A program made the position numbers and the translations under genes. From NCBI GenBank assembly GCA_963664825.1, contig OY761614.1:2528001-2592000 (forward strand): 64,000 nt of DNA, read 5' to 3'. Positions 40,713 to 51,450 of the stretch are shown here, one piece after another (positions within the stretch are counted from its first letter, which is position 1; each line of letters starts with the position of its first letter). The stretch is from an uncultured Holophaga sp. (GTDB lineage Bacteria > Acidobacteriota > Holophagae > Holophagales > Holophagaceae). The notes below the pieces were generated by a model. The model was not told the DNA's origin. It was given only the letters and a program-made list of their open reading frames with translations, and made no database searches.

Positions 40713-40916
40713 AAGGGGAATAGTGTATCTCAGCTTGGGCGGGATGCTTAGTGGCGGGGCAGGAGGGAAACCCGGACAGTGCCTGCTGCGATTTCCGTGA
40801 TGATGCTCAGCGGTGTGGGTGCCCCGCTCGTCAGAGCCCACTGGGCTCTGTCTCGCGACCCACATCCGCTTCGCCCAACTGAGTTAAGGCGGCAAGGGGA
40901 ATAGTGTATCTCAGCT
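40694..40916. repeat. 42-bp direct repeat (40694-40735 and 40875-40916) covering the tRNA 5' end and its leader
   Basis: CCAACTGAG(C/T)TAAGGCGGCAAGGGGAATAGTGTATCTCAGCT, one mismatch. Confidence 0.9.
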
Positions 40917-41727
40917 AGAACTGGGCGCTCAGGGAGAGACCTCGGAAATCGGGGCCGAAGGCCGGGAGGACGGCGATCTTGAGGGCGCGGGGAGGGCCGC
41001 TGCGCAGGCGCTGATTGGTGCTGACGACGATCTTCCCGACTACCGTCCCCAAAAAGGCACCGGCTACCACATCCGAGAGGTAGTGCTCCCGGCGTTCGAC
41101 CCGGGCCAGGCCCACGAGAGTGGCCATTCCGTAGGCCCCTCCGGCCAGCCAGAGGTTTTCCGTGTGGGCGGCCACGACGGAGGCGATGGCGAAGGCCTGG
41201 GTGGCGTGGCCCGAGGGGAAACTATCCCCCTTCCCGAAGAATTTGAAATGGTGGGAGCCCTCCTCGTCGAGGGGACGCGTGCGCCCCGCGAGGGTCTTGA
41301 GGGGGAGATCGATGGCCACCCGGGAGATGAGGATGGCGATGCCCGCATCGGCCCCCAGGGCTCGGAGTTCGGGTTGGTCCGCGAGGACGCCTCCCCCATA
41401 GAGCCCGCCCACCAGAACCAGGCCCCCTACGCCTCCCAGGGTCTCGATCTTCTTGCTGAAGCGGTCCCAGCTATCGTGGGGGTGGTGGAGGACGGCGTCA
41501 TCGACGCGGCGATCCAGGGCGAAAGCCAGGCCCACCGACGCCGCACCCAGCGCCGCGATGCTCCACTCGGAGGCCTTCCATTCACAGGGTGCCTGCAGCA
41601 CGGCCTTGGTGTCCTCCCAGGCTAGACTCGGCAGCTGAAGCGGGTGATCCACCCCGAGAGGAGATGGTTCCTGGGCTTGAAGGCCTCCGAGGAGGCTCAT
41701 GGAAAGGCACAGCGCCCCGAGGTTCAT
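40915..41727 (-). CDS. PAP2-family phosphatase
   Basis: KxxxGRTRP, SFPSGH, RxxxxxHYLSD. Confidence 0.85.
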   Translation of the reverse strand: MNLGALCLSMSLLGGLQAQEPSPLGVDHPLQLPSLAWEDTKAVLQAPCEWKASEWSIAALGAASVGLAFALDRRVDDAVLHHPHDSWDRFSKKIETLGGVGGLVLVGGLYGGGVLADQPELRALGADAGIAILISRVAIDLPLKTLAGRTRPLDEEGSHHFKFFGKGDSFPSGHATQAFAIASVVAAHTENLWLAGGAYGMATLVGLARVERREHYLSDVVAGAFLGTVVGKIVVSTNQRLRSGPPRALKIAVLPAFGPDFRGLSLSAQF

Positions 41728-41742
41728 GCCATCTCCATGGGA

Positions 41743-42234
41743 TCAGAGCTCCTGCTCGGGTTCCGTCTCCAGGGGCACGGGCACGTCTGGCGGGGCGATA
41801 CGGGGGCTCTTCCGGGGACCGATCTCGTCGGGGCGGTATTCCCGGCTGGTGGCGTCGAGGATGCCGTTCACGAACTGGGTGCCCTCGGCATCGCTGAATT
41901 CCTTCACGATCTCCAAGGCCTCATTGATGATGATGGGGAAGGGGATCTCCTTCAGATACATCAATTCGTAGATGCCCAGGCGCAGCAGATTGCGGTCCAC
42001 GGCAGCCATGCGGTGCAGCTTCCAGTGCTCGGCAAAGCGGCCTAGCACCGCGTCGATCTCCTCCATCTGCCCATGCACGCCGTCCACCAGGCGCCTCGCG
42101 TAGTAGAAGGCGTCTCGGTTCAGGTCCTGGATGGCGTTGAAACCCGCGAAGACCTCATCGGGCTGGTAGCCCGTCATGTCCATGGCGTAGAGCATCTGGA
42201 GGGCGTACTCGCGCCCCCTTCGGCGAACTCCCAT
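41743..42234 (-). CDS. nusB: Transcription antitermination factor NusB
   Basis: RRRGREYALQMLY, DRNLLRL, INEALE, FVNGILD. Confidence 0.93.
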   Translation of the reverse strand: MGVRRRGREYALQMLYAMDMTGYQPDEVFAGFNAIQDLNRDAFYYARRLVDGVHGQMEEIDAVLGRFAEHWKLHRMAAVDRNLLRLGIYELMYLKEIPFPIIINEALEIVKEFSDAEGTQFVNGILDATSREYRPDEIGPRKSPRIAPPDVPVPLETEPEQEL

Positions 42235-42719
42235 TACTTGGCACCCTTTCCGGTCTTCAGTCCGCGCAAGAGGTCCACCATCTCGATCAGGGACTGGGCG
42301 GATTCCCATCCCTTGTTGCCCATCTTGGTGCCGGCCCGCTCGATGGCCTGTTCCACCGTATCGGTGGTGAGCACGCCGAAGATCACGGGAACGCCCGTCT
42401 CCAGGCCCGCCAGCGCCGTGCCCTTGGTCACTTCGGAAGCGATCATGTCGAAGTGGGGCGTGCCGCCTCGGATGACCGCGCCGAGCACGACGACGCCCGC
42501 GTATTTGCCGGATTTGGCCGCATGAAGGGCGATCTGGGGCAATTCGAAGCTGCCGGGCACCCTGAGGAGATCGATCTGGGCCTCACATCCACCGTGCCGG
42601 AGGATGCAATCCGTGGCGCCACCCACCAGGCGTTCCACGATGAATTCGTTGAAGCGCGCGGCCACGAAGGCAAACCGGTCGCCCTTGTCCACACGAAGCT
42701 GGCCCTCAAAGATCGCCAT
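42234..42719 (-). CDS. ribH: 6,7-dimethyl-8-ribityllumazine synthase
   Basis: [27 protein letters not shown]. Confidence 0.95.
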   Translation of the reverse strand: MAIFEGQLRVDKGDRFAFVAARFNEFIVERLVGGATDCILRHGGCEAQIDLLRVPGSFELPQIALHAAKSGKYAGVVVLGAVIRGGTPHFDMIASEVTKGTALAGLETGVPVIFGVLTTDTVEQAIERAGTKMGNKGWESAQSLIEMVDLLRGLKTGKGAK

Positions 42720-42865
42720 AGGAACCCCCCTAGAGGTGGTTGAAGTAAAAAAAATTCTAGCATGAAGACGGGCGCTGGATGTGAGGCTCTCGCGCATTCG
42801 GGTGCTCGATGGGAACCCCTGTGCGCTTCCATGCACCCATAATGGATGGATATTCGGAGGTCTCC

Positions 42866-43414
42866 ATGAAAAAGGTCCGATGCGCCGCTGCCTTCCTGAG
42901 TCTGATGCTGTTGAGCGCCTGCTCCCAGGTTCAGATCCGCTACGACTACGATTCCCGCGCGAACTACGCTTCCTTCAAGACCTTCGACTGGATGCGGGCC
43001 AAGGAGAAGGCTGGAAAAGTTGAGAACTCCATCATGGATCGGAGGGTCAAGGGGGCCATCGAACGGGAACTGATGACCAAGGGCTTCCAGGCTCAGGCCT
43101 CCGCCGATCCCGATTTCCTCGTCACCTACTATCCCATCTACAAGGACCGCGCCTACCTCACCACCACGCACATGGGGATGGGCTGGGGCTACCGGCCCAT
43201 GTGGGGCGCCCGGACGGGCATCATCACCAGCCAAGTCCACAACTATACGGAAGGCACGATCGTCATCGAGATCGTGGACTTCAAGACCCGTCAGCTGATC
43301 TGGCACGGCGCGGCCGTGGGGGCGCTCACGGGGCTGGAGACGCCCGAGGATGCCGAGGAAGTGGTGACCCGGGAAGTGCACCGTCTGCTGGAAGGCTTCC
43401 CACCCCATCGGTGA
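42866..43414 (+). CDS. DUF4136-like lipoprotein
   Basis: Lipobox LSAC; DYD...[17 protein letters not shown]...IWHG. Confidence 0.8.
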   Translation: MKKVRCAAAFLSLMLLSACSQVQIRYDYDSRANYASFKTFDWMRAKEKAGKVENSIMDRRVKGAIERELMTKGFQAQASADPDFLVTYYPIYKDRAYLTTTHMGMGWGYRPMWGARTGIITSQVHNYTEGTIVIEIVDFKTRQLIWHGAAVGALTGLETPEDAEEVVTREVHRLLEGFPPHR

Positions 43415-43485
43415 GCGTTCGCATCTCCGGGTAACGCAAGGGGCGCCCCAGTCATCTTAGCTACTGAACATCATCAGGAGTTTAC

Positions 43486-43986
43486 ATGGCCCAAGTGACC
43501 CTCAAGGGGAACCCCTTTCATACTTCCGCTGCCCTGCCCAAGGTGGGCGCGCCCGCGCCGGACTTCCGTCTCGTGAAGACCGATCTCTCCGAAGCTACGC
43601 TCCAGGATTTCCTCGGTAAGCGCGTGGTGTTGAATATCTTTCCCAGTCTCGATACGCCCACCTGTGCCACCAGCGTGCGCACCTTCAATCGCCGGGCCTC
43701 AGAGGTGGCGAGTATCGTCGTGCTCTGCATTTCGGCAGATCTGCCCTTTGCCGCGGCCCGGTTCTGCACCACCGAAGGCCTGGCCAATGTGGTGCCCGCC
43801 TCCTGTTTCCGGGCCCCTGAATTCGGCCAAGCCTACGGCCTGACCCTGGTGGATGGTCCCCTGAAGGGCCTCCTGGCCCGGGCCATCGTCGTGGTGGACG
43901 AGAAGGGCATGGTGAAGTACACCGAACTGGTGCCCGAGATCGGCCAGGAACCCAACTACGACGCGGCTCTGGCGGCCCTCAAGTAG
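43486..43986 (+). CDS. tpx: Thiol peroxidase
   Basis: [23 protein letters not shown]. Confidence 0.93.
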   Translation: MAQVTLKGNPFHTSAALPKVGAPAPDFRLVKTDLSEATLQDFLGKRVVLNIFPSLDTPTCATSVRTFNRRASEVASIVVLCISADLPFAAARFCTTEGLANVVPASCFRAPEFGQAYGLTLVDGPLKGLLARAIVVVDEKGMVKYTELVPEIGQEPNYDAALAALK

Positions 43987-43993
43987 CTCGCTT

Positions 43994-45223
43994 CTAGCCC
44001 TTGATCCCCCTCAGTCTCCGCAGTTCCGGCACGCCCCAGGCCGTGCAGCCCACGGTGAGGAGCGTCATGCATCCTCCGAAGACCACGCTGGGGATGAGGC
44101 CGACCCAGTGGGCCGTGAGGCCCGATTCGTAGGCCCCCAGTTCATTGCTGCTGCCGATGAAGAAACTGTTCACGGCCTGCACGCGCCCCATCATGTCCGG
44201 GGGCGTGCAGGTCTGCACGAGGGTTCCGCGCAGCACCACGCTCACGTTATCGAAGGCGCCGCTGGCGGCCAGCACGACCATGGAGAACGCGAAGTTCTTC
44301 GAGAGGGCGAAAGCGATCCAGCAGAGGCCGAAGGCCGCCACGCATCCGAGCAGGGTGCGTCCGGCGTGGCGCAGGGGTGGGCGGTGAGCCAGGGCGAAGG
44401 ACATGGCCACGGACCCCACGGCGGGAGCGGCGCGCAATAGGCCCAGGCCCTGGGGACCGACCCTCAGGACTTCGTGGGCGAAGGCCGGCAGCATGGCCAC
44501 GGCCCCGCCGAAGAGCACGGCGAAGAGATCCAGGGAGATGGCCGAGAGCACGAGTTTCTTCTCGAAGACGAAATGCACGCCTTCCGAGAGGCTCTTGAGG
44601 ATGGAGGCCGAGCCGCTGGGTTGTCGGGGGCGCGCCTTGAGGAAGGCCAGGGAGGCGACGCTGAAGACCATGAGGGCGGCCTCCACGGTGTAGGCGAGGC
44701 GCGCGCTACCGAAGCCGTAGAGCAGGCCCCCCAGGGCGGGTCCCAGGACCATGGCCAGATGGAAGACGGAACTGCGCCAGGTGGCGGCGTTCTGGTAGCT
44801 CTCCCGGGGCACCAGCTCCGTGGCGAGGGCTTGGGAAGCCGGGCGGTAGAAGGCGCGGCCCGCGCCGGCTAGGGCCTGGATGGCGTAGAAGGGCCAAGCC
44901 ACCCGCAGGGTGGGGCGGCAGCTCAGGGCCACCAGGAGCAGGGCGCTCAGGCAGATGACGGCCATGGACATGAGCGAGATCGCCCGCCGGTCCTTGCGAT
45001 CCGCGGCATAGCCTCCGAAGAGTGTCAGGGCCAGGAAGGGCACGGCCTCCGCCAGGCCGATGAGCCCCAGGGCCAGCGCATCGTGGGTGATCTCATAGAC
45101 CTGCCAGCCCATGATGAGGCTTTGCATCTGGAAGCCCATGAACATGGCCATGGCCCCCGCCAGGAACCAGCGGTATTCGCCGTAGCGCAGGGCTTCGTAG
45201 GGGTCGTGGTTTTCAAGGCTCAC
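43994..45223 (-). CDS. MFS transporter
   Basis: GYAADRKDRR, LDLFAVLFGG, SNELG. Confidence 0.85.
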   Translation of the reverse strand: MSLENHDPYEALRYGEYRWFLAGAMAMFMGFQMQSLIMGWQVYEITHDALALGLIGLAEAVPFLALTLFGGYAADRKDRRAISLMSMAVICLSALLLVALSCRPTLRVAWPFYAIQALAGAGRAFYRPASQALATELVPRESYQNAATWRSSVFHLAMVLGPALGGLLYGFGSARLAYTVEAALMVFSVASLAFLKARPRQPSGSASILKSLSEGVHFVFEKKLVLSAISLDLFAVLFGGAVAMLPAFAHEVLRVGPQGLGLLRAAPAVGSVAMSFALAHRPPLRHAGRTLLGCVAAFGLCWIAFALSKNFAFSMVVLAASGAFDNVSVVLRGTLVQTCTPPDMMGRVQAVNSFFIGSSNELGAYESGLTAHWVGLIPSVVFGGCMTLLTVGCTAWGVPELRRLRGIKG

Positions 45224-45378
45224 GTTGCCTCCTTCTGCTGAGTCGTTGCCGCGGAATAACCAGGAGGGCACGATGGGCCGTTGCGAAAGAACCGGGGGAA
45301 CATTATTTCGGGACGATCCCTAGAATTGAGCCCCGGCAGGCCGGGGCTCAATTCTAGGGTACCTTCTTTTCGGCGCGG

Positions 45379-46599
45379 CTACTCGTATCTCAAGGCGTCG
45401 ATGACGTCCAGTCCTGCGGCCTTCACCGCCGGGAGGAATCCTGCCGCCACGCCCACCACGCCACTGAAGCCTAGGCCTAGCCCGATGGACCAGCCTTCGA
45501 TCACGGCAGGAATATCGAACTCTCCGAGGATCGCCACGGCGGCGGCCGCGAAGGCCACGCCGATCACGCCGCCCAGGAAGGCCAGCACGATGGCTTCGGT
45601 GAGGAACTGCCACAGGACGCTGCGCCGGGTGGCTCCCAGGGCGCGGCGCACGCCGATCTCCCGTGTGCGCTCGGTGACGCTCACCAGCATGATATTGGAG
45701 ATGCCGATGCCGCCCACTACCAGCGAGATGCTGGCGGCCACGGCGAGCAGGCCCGTGAGGATGCCCGCTTGCTGGGTCTGCATCTGCATGATGTCGTCCT
45801 GCTTGCGGATCTGGAAGGGACTGTCATCCCTGGGGGGCGTCTTCATGCGCTGACGCAGCAGGGCCGTGACTTCGGTCTCGGCGATTTCGGCCTTACCCTC
45901 CTGGGCGCTCACCATGATGCGCTGGATTTTGTCCCGGCCCATGATCTTGCGCATCACCGTGGTGTAGGGCCCCACGATGAGGTCGTCCTGGTCGCCGAAC
46001 ATGCCGGCGCCCTTCTTTTCGAGGACTCCGATGATCTGGAAGGGTAGCTTGCCGACCCGGATGGTCTGGCCCACGGGCTCTTCCCCATTGGGGAAGAGAT
46101 TATCCTTCACGGTCTGGCCGATGACGCAGACCTTGGCTTGGCCCTTGACCTCGCTATCGGTGAAGAATCGTCCGCTCTCCATATCCCAGCCCCGGATCTG
46201 CAGGAACTCGGGGCCCGTGCCCTGGACCTGGGTGATGTAGTTGCTGTTTTGGTAGATCACGGGGCGGCTGGTGGAGACCTGGGGCGTGGCGGCCACCACG
46301 CTGGACTGGCTGAGCTCGTTCTGGATGAGCTGGCAGTCCTCCGGCTTGAGGATCTCGCCGGCGCCCATGGCCTGAGGGCCTCCGGGGCCACGGCCCGGGG
46401 CTCCGGGGAAGATGGTCAGCATATTGGAGCCCATGTTCTGGATGAGGGCGATGGAGGCCCGTTTGGAGCCCTCGCCGATGCCGATCATGGCGATGACCGC
46501 CCCCACGCCCACGATGATGCCCAGCATGGTCAGGAAGGCCCGGGTCTTGTTGCGCGTGATGGCGAAGAGGGCCAGTTTGAGGAACTCGAGGAAAGCCAT
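45379..46599 (-). CDS. MacB-like ABC transporter permease
   Basis: LTMLGIIVG, GGIGISNIMLVSVTERTREIG, ALRYE. Confidence 0.9.
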   Translation of the reverse strand: MAFLEFLKLALFAITRNKTRAFLTMLGIIVGVGAVIAMIGIGEGSKRASIALIQNMGSNMLTIFPGAPGRGPGGPQAMGAGEILKPEDCQLIQNELSQSSVVAATPQVSTSRPVIYQNSNYITQVQGTGPEFLQIRGWDMESGRFFTDSEVKGQAKVCVIGQTVKDNLFPNGEEPVGQTIRVGKLPFQIIGVLEKKGAGMFGDQDDLIVGPYTTVMRKIMGRDKIQRIMVSAQEGKAEIAETEVTALLRQRMKTPPRDDSPFQIRKQDDIMQMQTQQAGILTGLLAVAASISLVVGGIGISNIMLVSVTERTREIGVRRALGATRRSVLWQFLTEAIVLAFLGGVIGVAFAAAAVAILGEFDIPAVIEGWSIGLGLGFSGVVGVAAGFLPAVKAAGLDVIDALRYE

Positions 46600-46717
46600 G
46601 GTTCAGCCCTCCATCTGAGACGGCGCGAAGAAATTGAAGGTCTCGCGCATCGCCGCAGGCGATGCCGAGCAGAGGGTCCGTTTGAGGAACTCGAGGGAAA
46701 CCATGAGTGGATCCACC

Positions 46718-48271
46718 TTAGTGCCGGCTGCCGCCGGTGCCTCCACCTGTGGCGGGTCCACCGTTGCTGGCCGCGGACTTGCTGCCTTCGATACCCACGA
46801 GGATCTGCATGCCTTCCTTCAGGGCGTCTCCACTGACTTCGGTGAACTGCCCGTCGGAGATGCCCGCCGTGACCACCACGGCCTTGGGCTTGCCGTTTTC
46901 CAGGACCCAGATCTTATCTTCCCGCCTGGCCATCATGCCCGAGCCCTTGCCGCCCTGACCCTGGCCTTGGCCCTGGCGTGGCGGGGGCATCATGCCACCC
47001 CCCAGGAGTCCGCCTGTGCGGGGGGCCTCGGCCTTCTTCTCATCCTTGAGGAAGGCGCTGGGATTGAAGCGCAGCGCCGCGTTGGGCACCCGCAGCACAT
47101 CGTGATGGCTGTTGGTGGTGATGGTGACATTGGCTGTCATGCCGGGCAGGAGGGCGAACTCCCCACCATAGACCGGGCTGCCGGGGGCAATGTAGCGGGC
47201 CGTAGAGGAGGGGCTGGTCGCAAGCTTGCCCAGGGTGGGGCGAGCGGCGCCACTGCCGGGGCGTTCGCCTTCGCCTTCGGACATATGAGCCTTGACGCGA
47301 GCGATGAAGGCCTCTTTCGTGATCCCTGCGGGCAGGCGATCCTTCCGGCGCTGCCACATGGCCTCAAAATCGGGCTTGTTCCCATCCCCCTTGGCCTGAG
47401 CCTTTCCGGGCTCACCCCTTCCGGTCTGGCCCTTCTGGGGAGAGGCGGCCGTGGTGCGGGATTCATTGGTCACTTCCATGACGACCTTGTAGGTCACCAC
47501 GTTGGAGGTGACGGTGGCTTCCAGATGCACCTCGCTGACCGAACCCACAAACTGCCTATCGGGGAAGCTATCGACCGTAAAGGAGGCCCGTTGCCCGGTC
47601 ATCACCGAACCGATATCAGCTTCGTCGATGGCGGCCTCGACCTTCATCTTGGAGAGATCCTGGGCGATGGTGAAGAGATTGGGCGTGCTGTAACTGGCGG
47701 CCACGGTCTGTCCCGCATCCACGAGGCGGCTCACCACGACGCCATCCACGGGGGCGGTGATGGTGCAGTAGCCCAGGTTGATCTTGGCCTTGGCGAGTTC
47801 GGCCTTGGCGGAATCCAGGTTGCCTCGGGCGGTCTTCATGGCCATCTCTTTGGCGTCCAGATCCGAATCCGAGACCAGTTTCTGGGCCGCGAGGCGCTTG
47901 TAGCGGCCATACTCCGTCCGGGCGTTCTCGAAGGTGGCCTGGGAACGCTGGAGCGAAGCCTCGGCATCCTTGAGCTGGGTTTCCCACACGGTGGGATCGA
48001 TGCGGGCGATGACCTGGCCCTTCTTCACCAGGCTGTTGTAGTCCGCGTAGAGGCCCGTCACCACGCCCGAGACCTGGGTGCCCACCGGCACCGAGATCAG
48101 GGCGTTGATGGTGCCGGTGGCATTGATGCGCTGGGTGATGTGGCCGCGCTCTACCTTGGCCTGGCGCCACTTGATCTCGTCACTGGGGCGAGTCGCCACG
48201 TAGGCGGCCCCACCTGCCAGGAGGATGCCTACCGCTCCGAGTCCGATCCAGAGATTGCGTTTCATGGCCAC
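46718..48271 (-). CDS. MacA-like periplasmic adaptor
   Basis: VGTQVSG, ITAPVDG, DEADIG, LPGMTA, VPNAALRF. Confidence 0.88.
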   Translation of the reverse strand: MAMKRNLWIGLGAVGILLAGGAAYVATRPSDEIKWRQAKVERGHITQRINATGTINALISVPVGTQVSGVVTGLYADYNSLVKKGQVIARIDPTVWETQLKDAEASLQRSQATFENARTEYGRYKRLAAQKLVSDSDLDAKEMAMKTARGNLDSAKAELAKAKINLGYCTITAPVDGVVVSRLVDAGQTVAASYSTPNLFTIAQDLSKMKVEAAIDEADIGSVMTGQRASFTVDSFPDRQFVGSVSEVHLEATVTSNVVTYKVVMEVTNESRTTAASPQKGQTGRGEPGKAQAKGDGNKPDFEAMWQRRKDRLPAGITKEAFIARVKAHMSEGEGERPGSGAARPTLGKLATSPSSTARYIAPGSPVYGGEFALLPGMTANVTITTNSHHDVLRVPNAALRFNPSAFLKDEKKAEAPRTGGLLGGGMMPPPRQGQGQGQGGKGSGMMARREDKIWVLENGKPKAVVVTAGISDGQFTEVSGDALKEGMQILVGIEGSKSAASNGGPATGGGTGGSRH

Positions 48272-48367
48272 ACCTCAGCGTCCAAAGAACCAACGTAGGA
48301 CTCTACCTTGCCATACGATGGAATTGGAGGCCACAGGCCATGGGAGGAGAGCGTCGAACTGCGGAAT

Positions 48368-49858
48368 TCAGGGGATGAACGGCAGAGAGCCCTGGATGGC
48401 GCGCAAGGCGAAACCGTCCACCAGCAGCGTCTGGGCGAAGCCGGCGGCTAGTGCCAGGAAGCCACAGACCAGCACCGTGGCGCCTGCGTAGGGTGCTGCC
48501 ACCTCGGGGCGCTCCGCGGCTTCGCGCGCGGCGCTTTCGGTGGGCTTTTCCATGAAGAGGGCCACCGCTACCCGCAGGTAGAAGTAGACCGAGACCAGGC
48601 TTGCGAGGACGCCCAACACGGCCAGACCCACGTGGCCCGTGCCGATGAGCTCCTTGAAGATCATGTACTTGCCGTAGAAGCCGCCCGTGGGCGGGATGCC
48701 TGCAAGCGAGAACATGCAGATCGTCGCGGCGATGCCCAGGCCCGGACGCTTCCAGCCCAGGCCCCTGAGCTGCTCGAAATCGCAGCGGTCCCCCGCCAGG
48801 CCCAGGGCCGTCAAGAGTCCGAAGGCGCCCATGTTCATGGCCATGTAGACAAACAGGTAGAAGAGCATCCCTGTATAGGCCGCGGGCGTCCCCGCCACGA
48901 AGCCCAGCAGCAGGTAGCCCGCGTGACTGATGCTGGAATAGGCCAGCATGCGCTTGACGCTTGTTTGGGCCAGGGCCGTGAGGTTGCCCACCACAAGGGT
49001 GAGGACGGCCACCAGGGCCAGGGCGCCTTGCAGCTTGGCGGCCATGGCGGGATTGGCGGAGAGCCCTCCCGGGAAGATGCGGATGAGGGCGATGAGGGCC
49101 ACGCCCTTGGTAGCCACCGACATGAAGGCCGCGATGGGGGTGGGGGAAGCCTCGTAGGCGTCCGGGGTCCACTGGTGGAAGGGCACGCCGCTGATCTTGA
49201 AGAGGAAGCCCATCGTGAGGAGCGCAGCTCCGGTGAAGGCGATGGGATCGGGATGGGCGGAGAGCTGCCTTGAAATGGCGCCGATCTCGAGACTTCCCGT
49301 GGCGCCGTACAGGAGTACGGTCCCCATGAGGAAAAGGGCGGAAGCGATGGCACCGGTGATGAAATACTTCACGCCCCCCTCCAGGGCCTCCGCGCGCTGG
49401 CGGACGGTGGCCACCAGCGCGTAGAGAGGGATCGATAGGAGCTCGAGGCCCAGGAAGAGCACCATCAGGTTCGTGGTGGAGGCAAATATCATCATGCCCG
49501 TCACGCTGAACATCAGCAGGGAGAGCGTCTCGCCCTTCACCCAGCCCTCCTGATGCAGGTGGTCCCAGAGTTGGAGCACGGTCATGGAGGCCGTCACTAG
49601 GACGAGAATCGCGGCGAACTGGGCCAGGGTATCCATGCGCAGGGCGCCGAAATTGGCCTGCAGGGGCGTGCCCCAGAGGCGCGTGACATACAGGAAACTG
49701 CCCCCCAGGGCGAAGAGGGCGATGGCGAATAGGCTGGCCCGGATCCATTTCACGCTGTCCTGATCGCGATCCAGGCTGGCCAGGGGAAGCAGGCAGGCCG
49801 CCGCCGCGGGGATGGCCACGGGCAGGATGGCCCCTATTTCGCTAGCGCTCATTGACAT
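48368..49858 (-). CDS. nuoN: NADH-quinone oxidoreductase subunit N
   Basis: PFHQWTPDAYE, KRMLAYSSISHAGY. Confidence 0.93.
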   Translation of the reverse strand: MSMSASEIGAILPVAIPAAAACLLPLASLDRDQDSVKWIRASLFAIALFALGGSFLYVTRLWGTPLQANFGALRMDTLAQFAAILVLVTASMTVLQLWDHLHQEGWVKGETLSLLMFSVTGMMIFASTTNLMVLFLGLELLSIPLYALVATVRQRAEALEGGVKYFITGAIASALFLMGTVLLYGATGSLEIGAISRQLSAHPDPIAFTGAALLTMGFLFKISGVPFHQWTPDAYEASPTPIAAFMSVATKGVALIALIRIFPGGLSANPAMAAKLQGALALVAVLTLVVGNLTALAQTSVKRMLAYSSISHAGYLLLGFVAGTPAAYTGMLFYLFVYMAMNMGAFGLLTALGLAGDRCDFEQLRGLGWKRPGLGIAATICMFSLAGIPPTGGFYGKYMIFKELIGTGHVGLAVLGVLASLVSVYFYLRVAVALFMEKPTESAAREAAERPEVAAPYAGATVLVCGFLALAAGFAQTLLVDGFALRAIQGSLPFIP

Positions 49859-51441
49859 CAGCGGGCCTCCTCGGAGCTAGGGGTGCTATTCCCGGAAACC
49901 GTCCCAAAAGGCGGCGTGCGCGGCGCAGGGGCCTGGGCTTCCGTGAGGAGGGTCTTCACCGATTCCTCGGAATGGGCCGTGAAGGTCTGGGGATGCAATC
50001 CCATCCAGAAGATGAGGATCACGATGGGCACCATCACGGCGATCTCGCGCGTGCTGAGATCGGTGTGGAGATGACTGGTGCCGCTGCCCTCCTGGGTGTT
50101 CTCGGGGCCCCAGAAGACGCGCTTCACCATCCAAAGGAGATAAACCGCACTGAGCAGCACGCCCAGTGTGGCGATGATGGCTAGCGTGCGGCCCCAGGTG
50201 AAACCGCTCGAGTAGGTGCCATTGAGGATGAAGAACTCGCCGATGAAGCCATTGGTGAGGGGGAGGCCGATGCTGGAGAGGGTGACGACCATGAAGAAGA
50301 AGGTGAAGATGGGCATCCGCTTGGCCACGCCGCCGAAGTCGGTGATCTGGCGGGTGTGGGCTCGGTCATAGAGCATGCCCACCAACAGGAAGAGAGCGCC
50401 GGTGCTTAACCCGTGGCTGAGCATCTGGAAGATGGCGCCCTGGGTGCCGAGCACGGTCATGCTTGCGATGCCCAGGATGACGAATCCCATGTGGCTCACG
50501 GAGCTGTAGGCCACTAGGCGCTTGATATCGGGCTGCACCATGGACACCAGGGCGCCGTAGACGATGGCTAGAACGGCGAGGATGGCCAAGGGAAAGGCGT
50601 AGTGGAGGGAGGCCTGGGGGAAGATGGGCAGGGCGAAGCGCAGCAGCCCGTACCCGCCCAGCTTCAGCAGCACGGAGGCCAGGATCACCGAACCGGCCGT
50701 GGGGGCCTCGGTGTGGGCGTCCGGGAGCCATGTATGCAGGGGGAAGAGCGGCACCTTGATGGCGAAGGCCAGGAGGAAGGCGAGAAAGAGTGTGCACTGG
50801 ACCTTGAAGGGTAGGCTCAGGGCGGCTTGGGCCAGCAGGGCCGGGGCGAAACTACCGGCCTTGGTGGCGAGGTAGAGCAGGGCCACCAGCCACAGCAGGG
50901 ACCCCGCCAGGGTGTAGAGCAGGAACTTGTTGGCGGCGTATTTCCGGTTCTCGCCGCCCCAGATCCCGATGAGGAAGTACATCGGCGGCAGCATGGCCTC
51001 CCAGAAGACATAGAAGAGCAGCATGTCCTGGGCCATCAGGGCCCCCAGGACGGCGCCCTCCAGGAGGAGGAAGAGGGCCATCACCGCTCCGGCGCGCTTC
51101 TGAATGCTGTGCCAGGTGCCCAGCAACGTGAGGGGGGCGATGAAGGTCGTGAGCAGCACCAGCCAGAAATTGAGCCCATCCAGGGCTAGGTGGTAATCCA
51201 CGGGAAGGCCCAGTACGGAAAACCAGGGGCAGTGTTCAGTCATCAGGAGGCTCCCGGCCTCGGTGCCCAGGCGCAGCATCTGAACCAGGGCCACGCAGAA
51301 TAATCCCAGGGAACCCAGCAGGGCCAGCAGCTTCACCAGGGGGGCCTGGCGCTCGGGAAAGCAGAGCAGGAGCGCGCCCCAGAGGACCGGCGCAAAGACC
51401 AGGAAGCTCAGGAGGTGGGTGTTGATCCAGTTCGGTAGCAC
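49858..51441 (-). CDS. nuoM: NADH-quinone oxidoreductase subunit M
   Basis: PLHTWLPDAH, LLKLG, AYSSVSHMG, FIGEF. Confidence 0.93.
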   Translation of the reverse strand: MLPNWINTHLLSFLVFAPVLWGALLLCFPERQAPLVKLLALLGSLGLFCVALVQMLRLGTEAGSLLMTEHCPWFSVLGLPVDYHLALDGLNFWLVLLTTFIAPLTLLGTWHSIQKRAGAVMALFLLLEGAVLGALMAQDMLLFYVFWEAMLPPMYFLIGIWGGENRKYAANKFLLYTLAGSLLWLVALLYLATKAGSFAPALLAQAALSLPFKVQCTLFLAFLLAFAIKVPLFPLHTWLPDAHTEAPTAGSVILASVLLKLGGYGLLRFALPIFPQASLHYAFPLAILAVLAIVYGALVSMVQPDIKRLVAYSSVSHMGFVILGIASMTVLGTQGAIFQMLSHGLSTGALFLLVGMLYDRAHTRQITDFGGVAKRMPIFTFFFMVVTLSSIGLPLTNGFIGEFFILNGTYSSGFTWGRTLAIIATLGVLLSAVYLLWMVKRVFWGPENTQEGSGTSHLHTDLSTREIAVMVPIVILIFWMGLHPQTFTAHSEESVKTLLTEAQAPAPRTPPFGTVSGNSTPSSEEAR

Positions 51442-51450
51442 GTAACGCTC

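Noticed and set aside
40736..40874. Second tRNA or split tRNA in the repeat interval
   Set aside because: Only 19 nt of the 5' end are present, with no anticodon arm, T arm or matching 3' half
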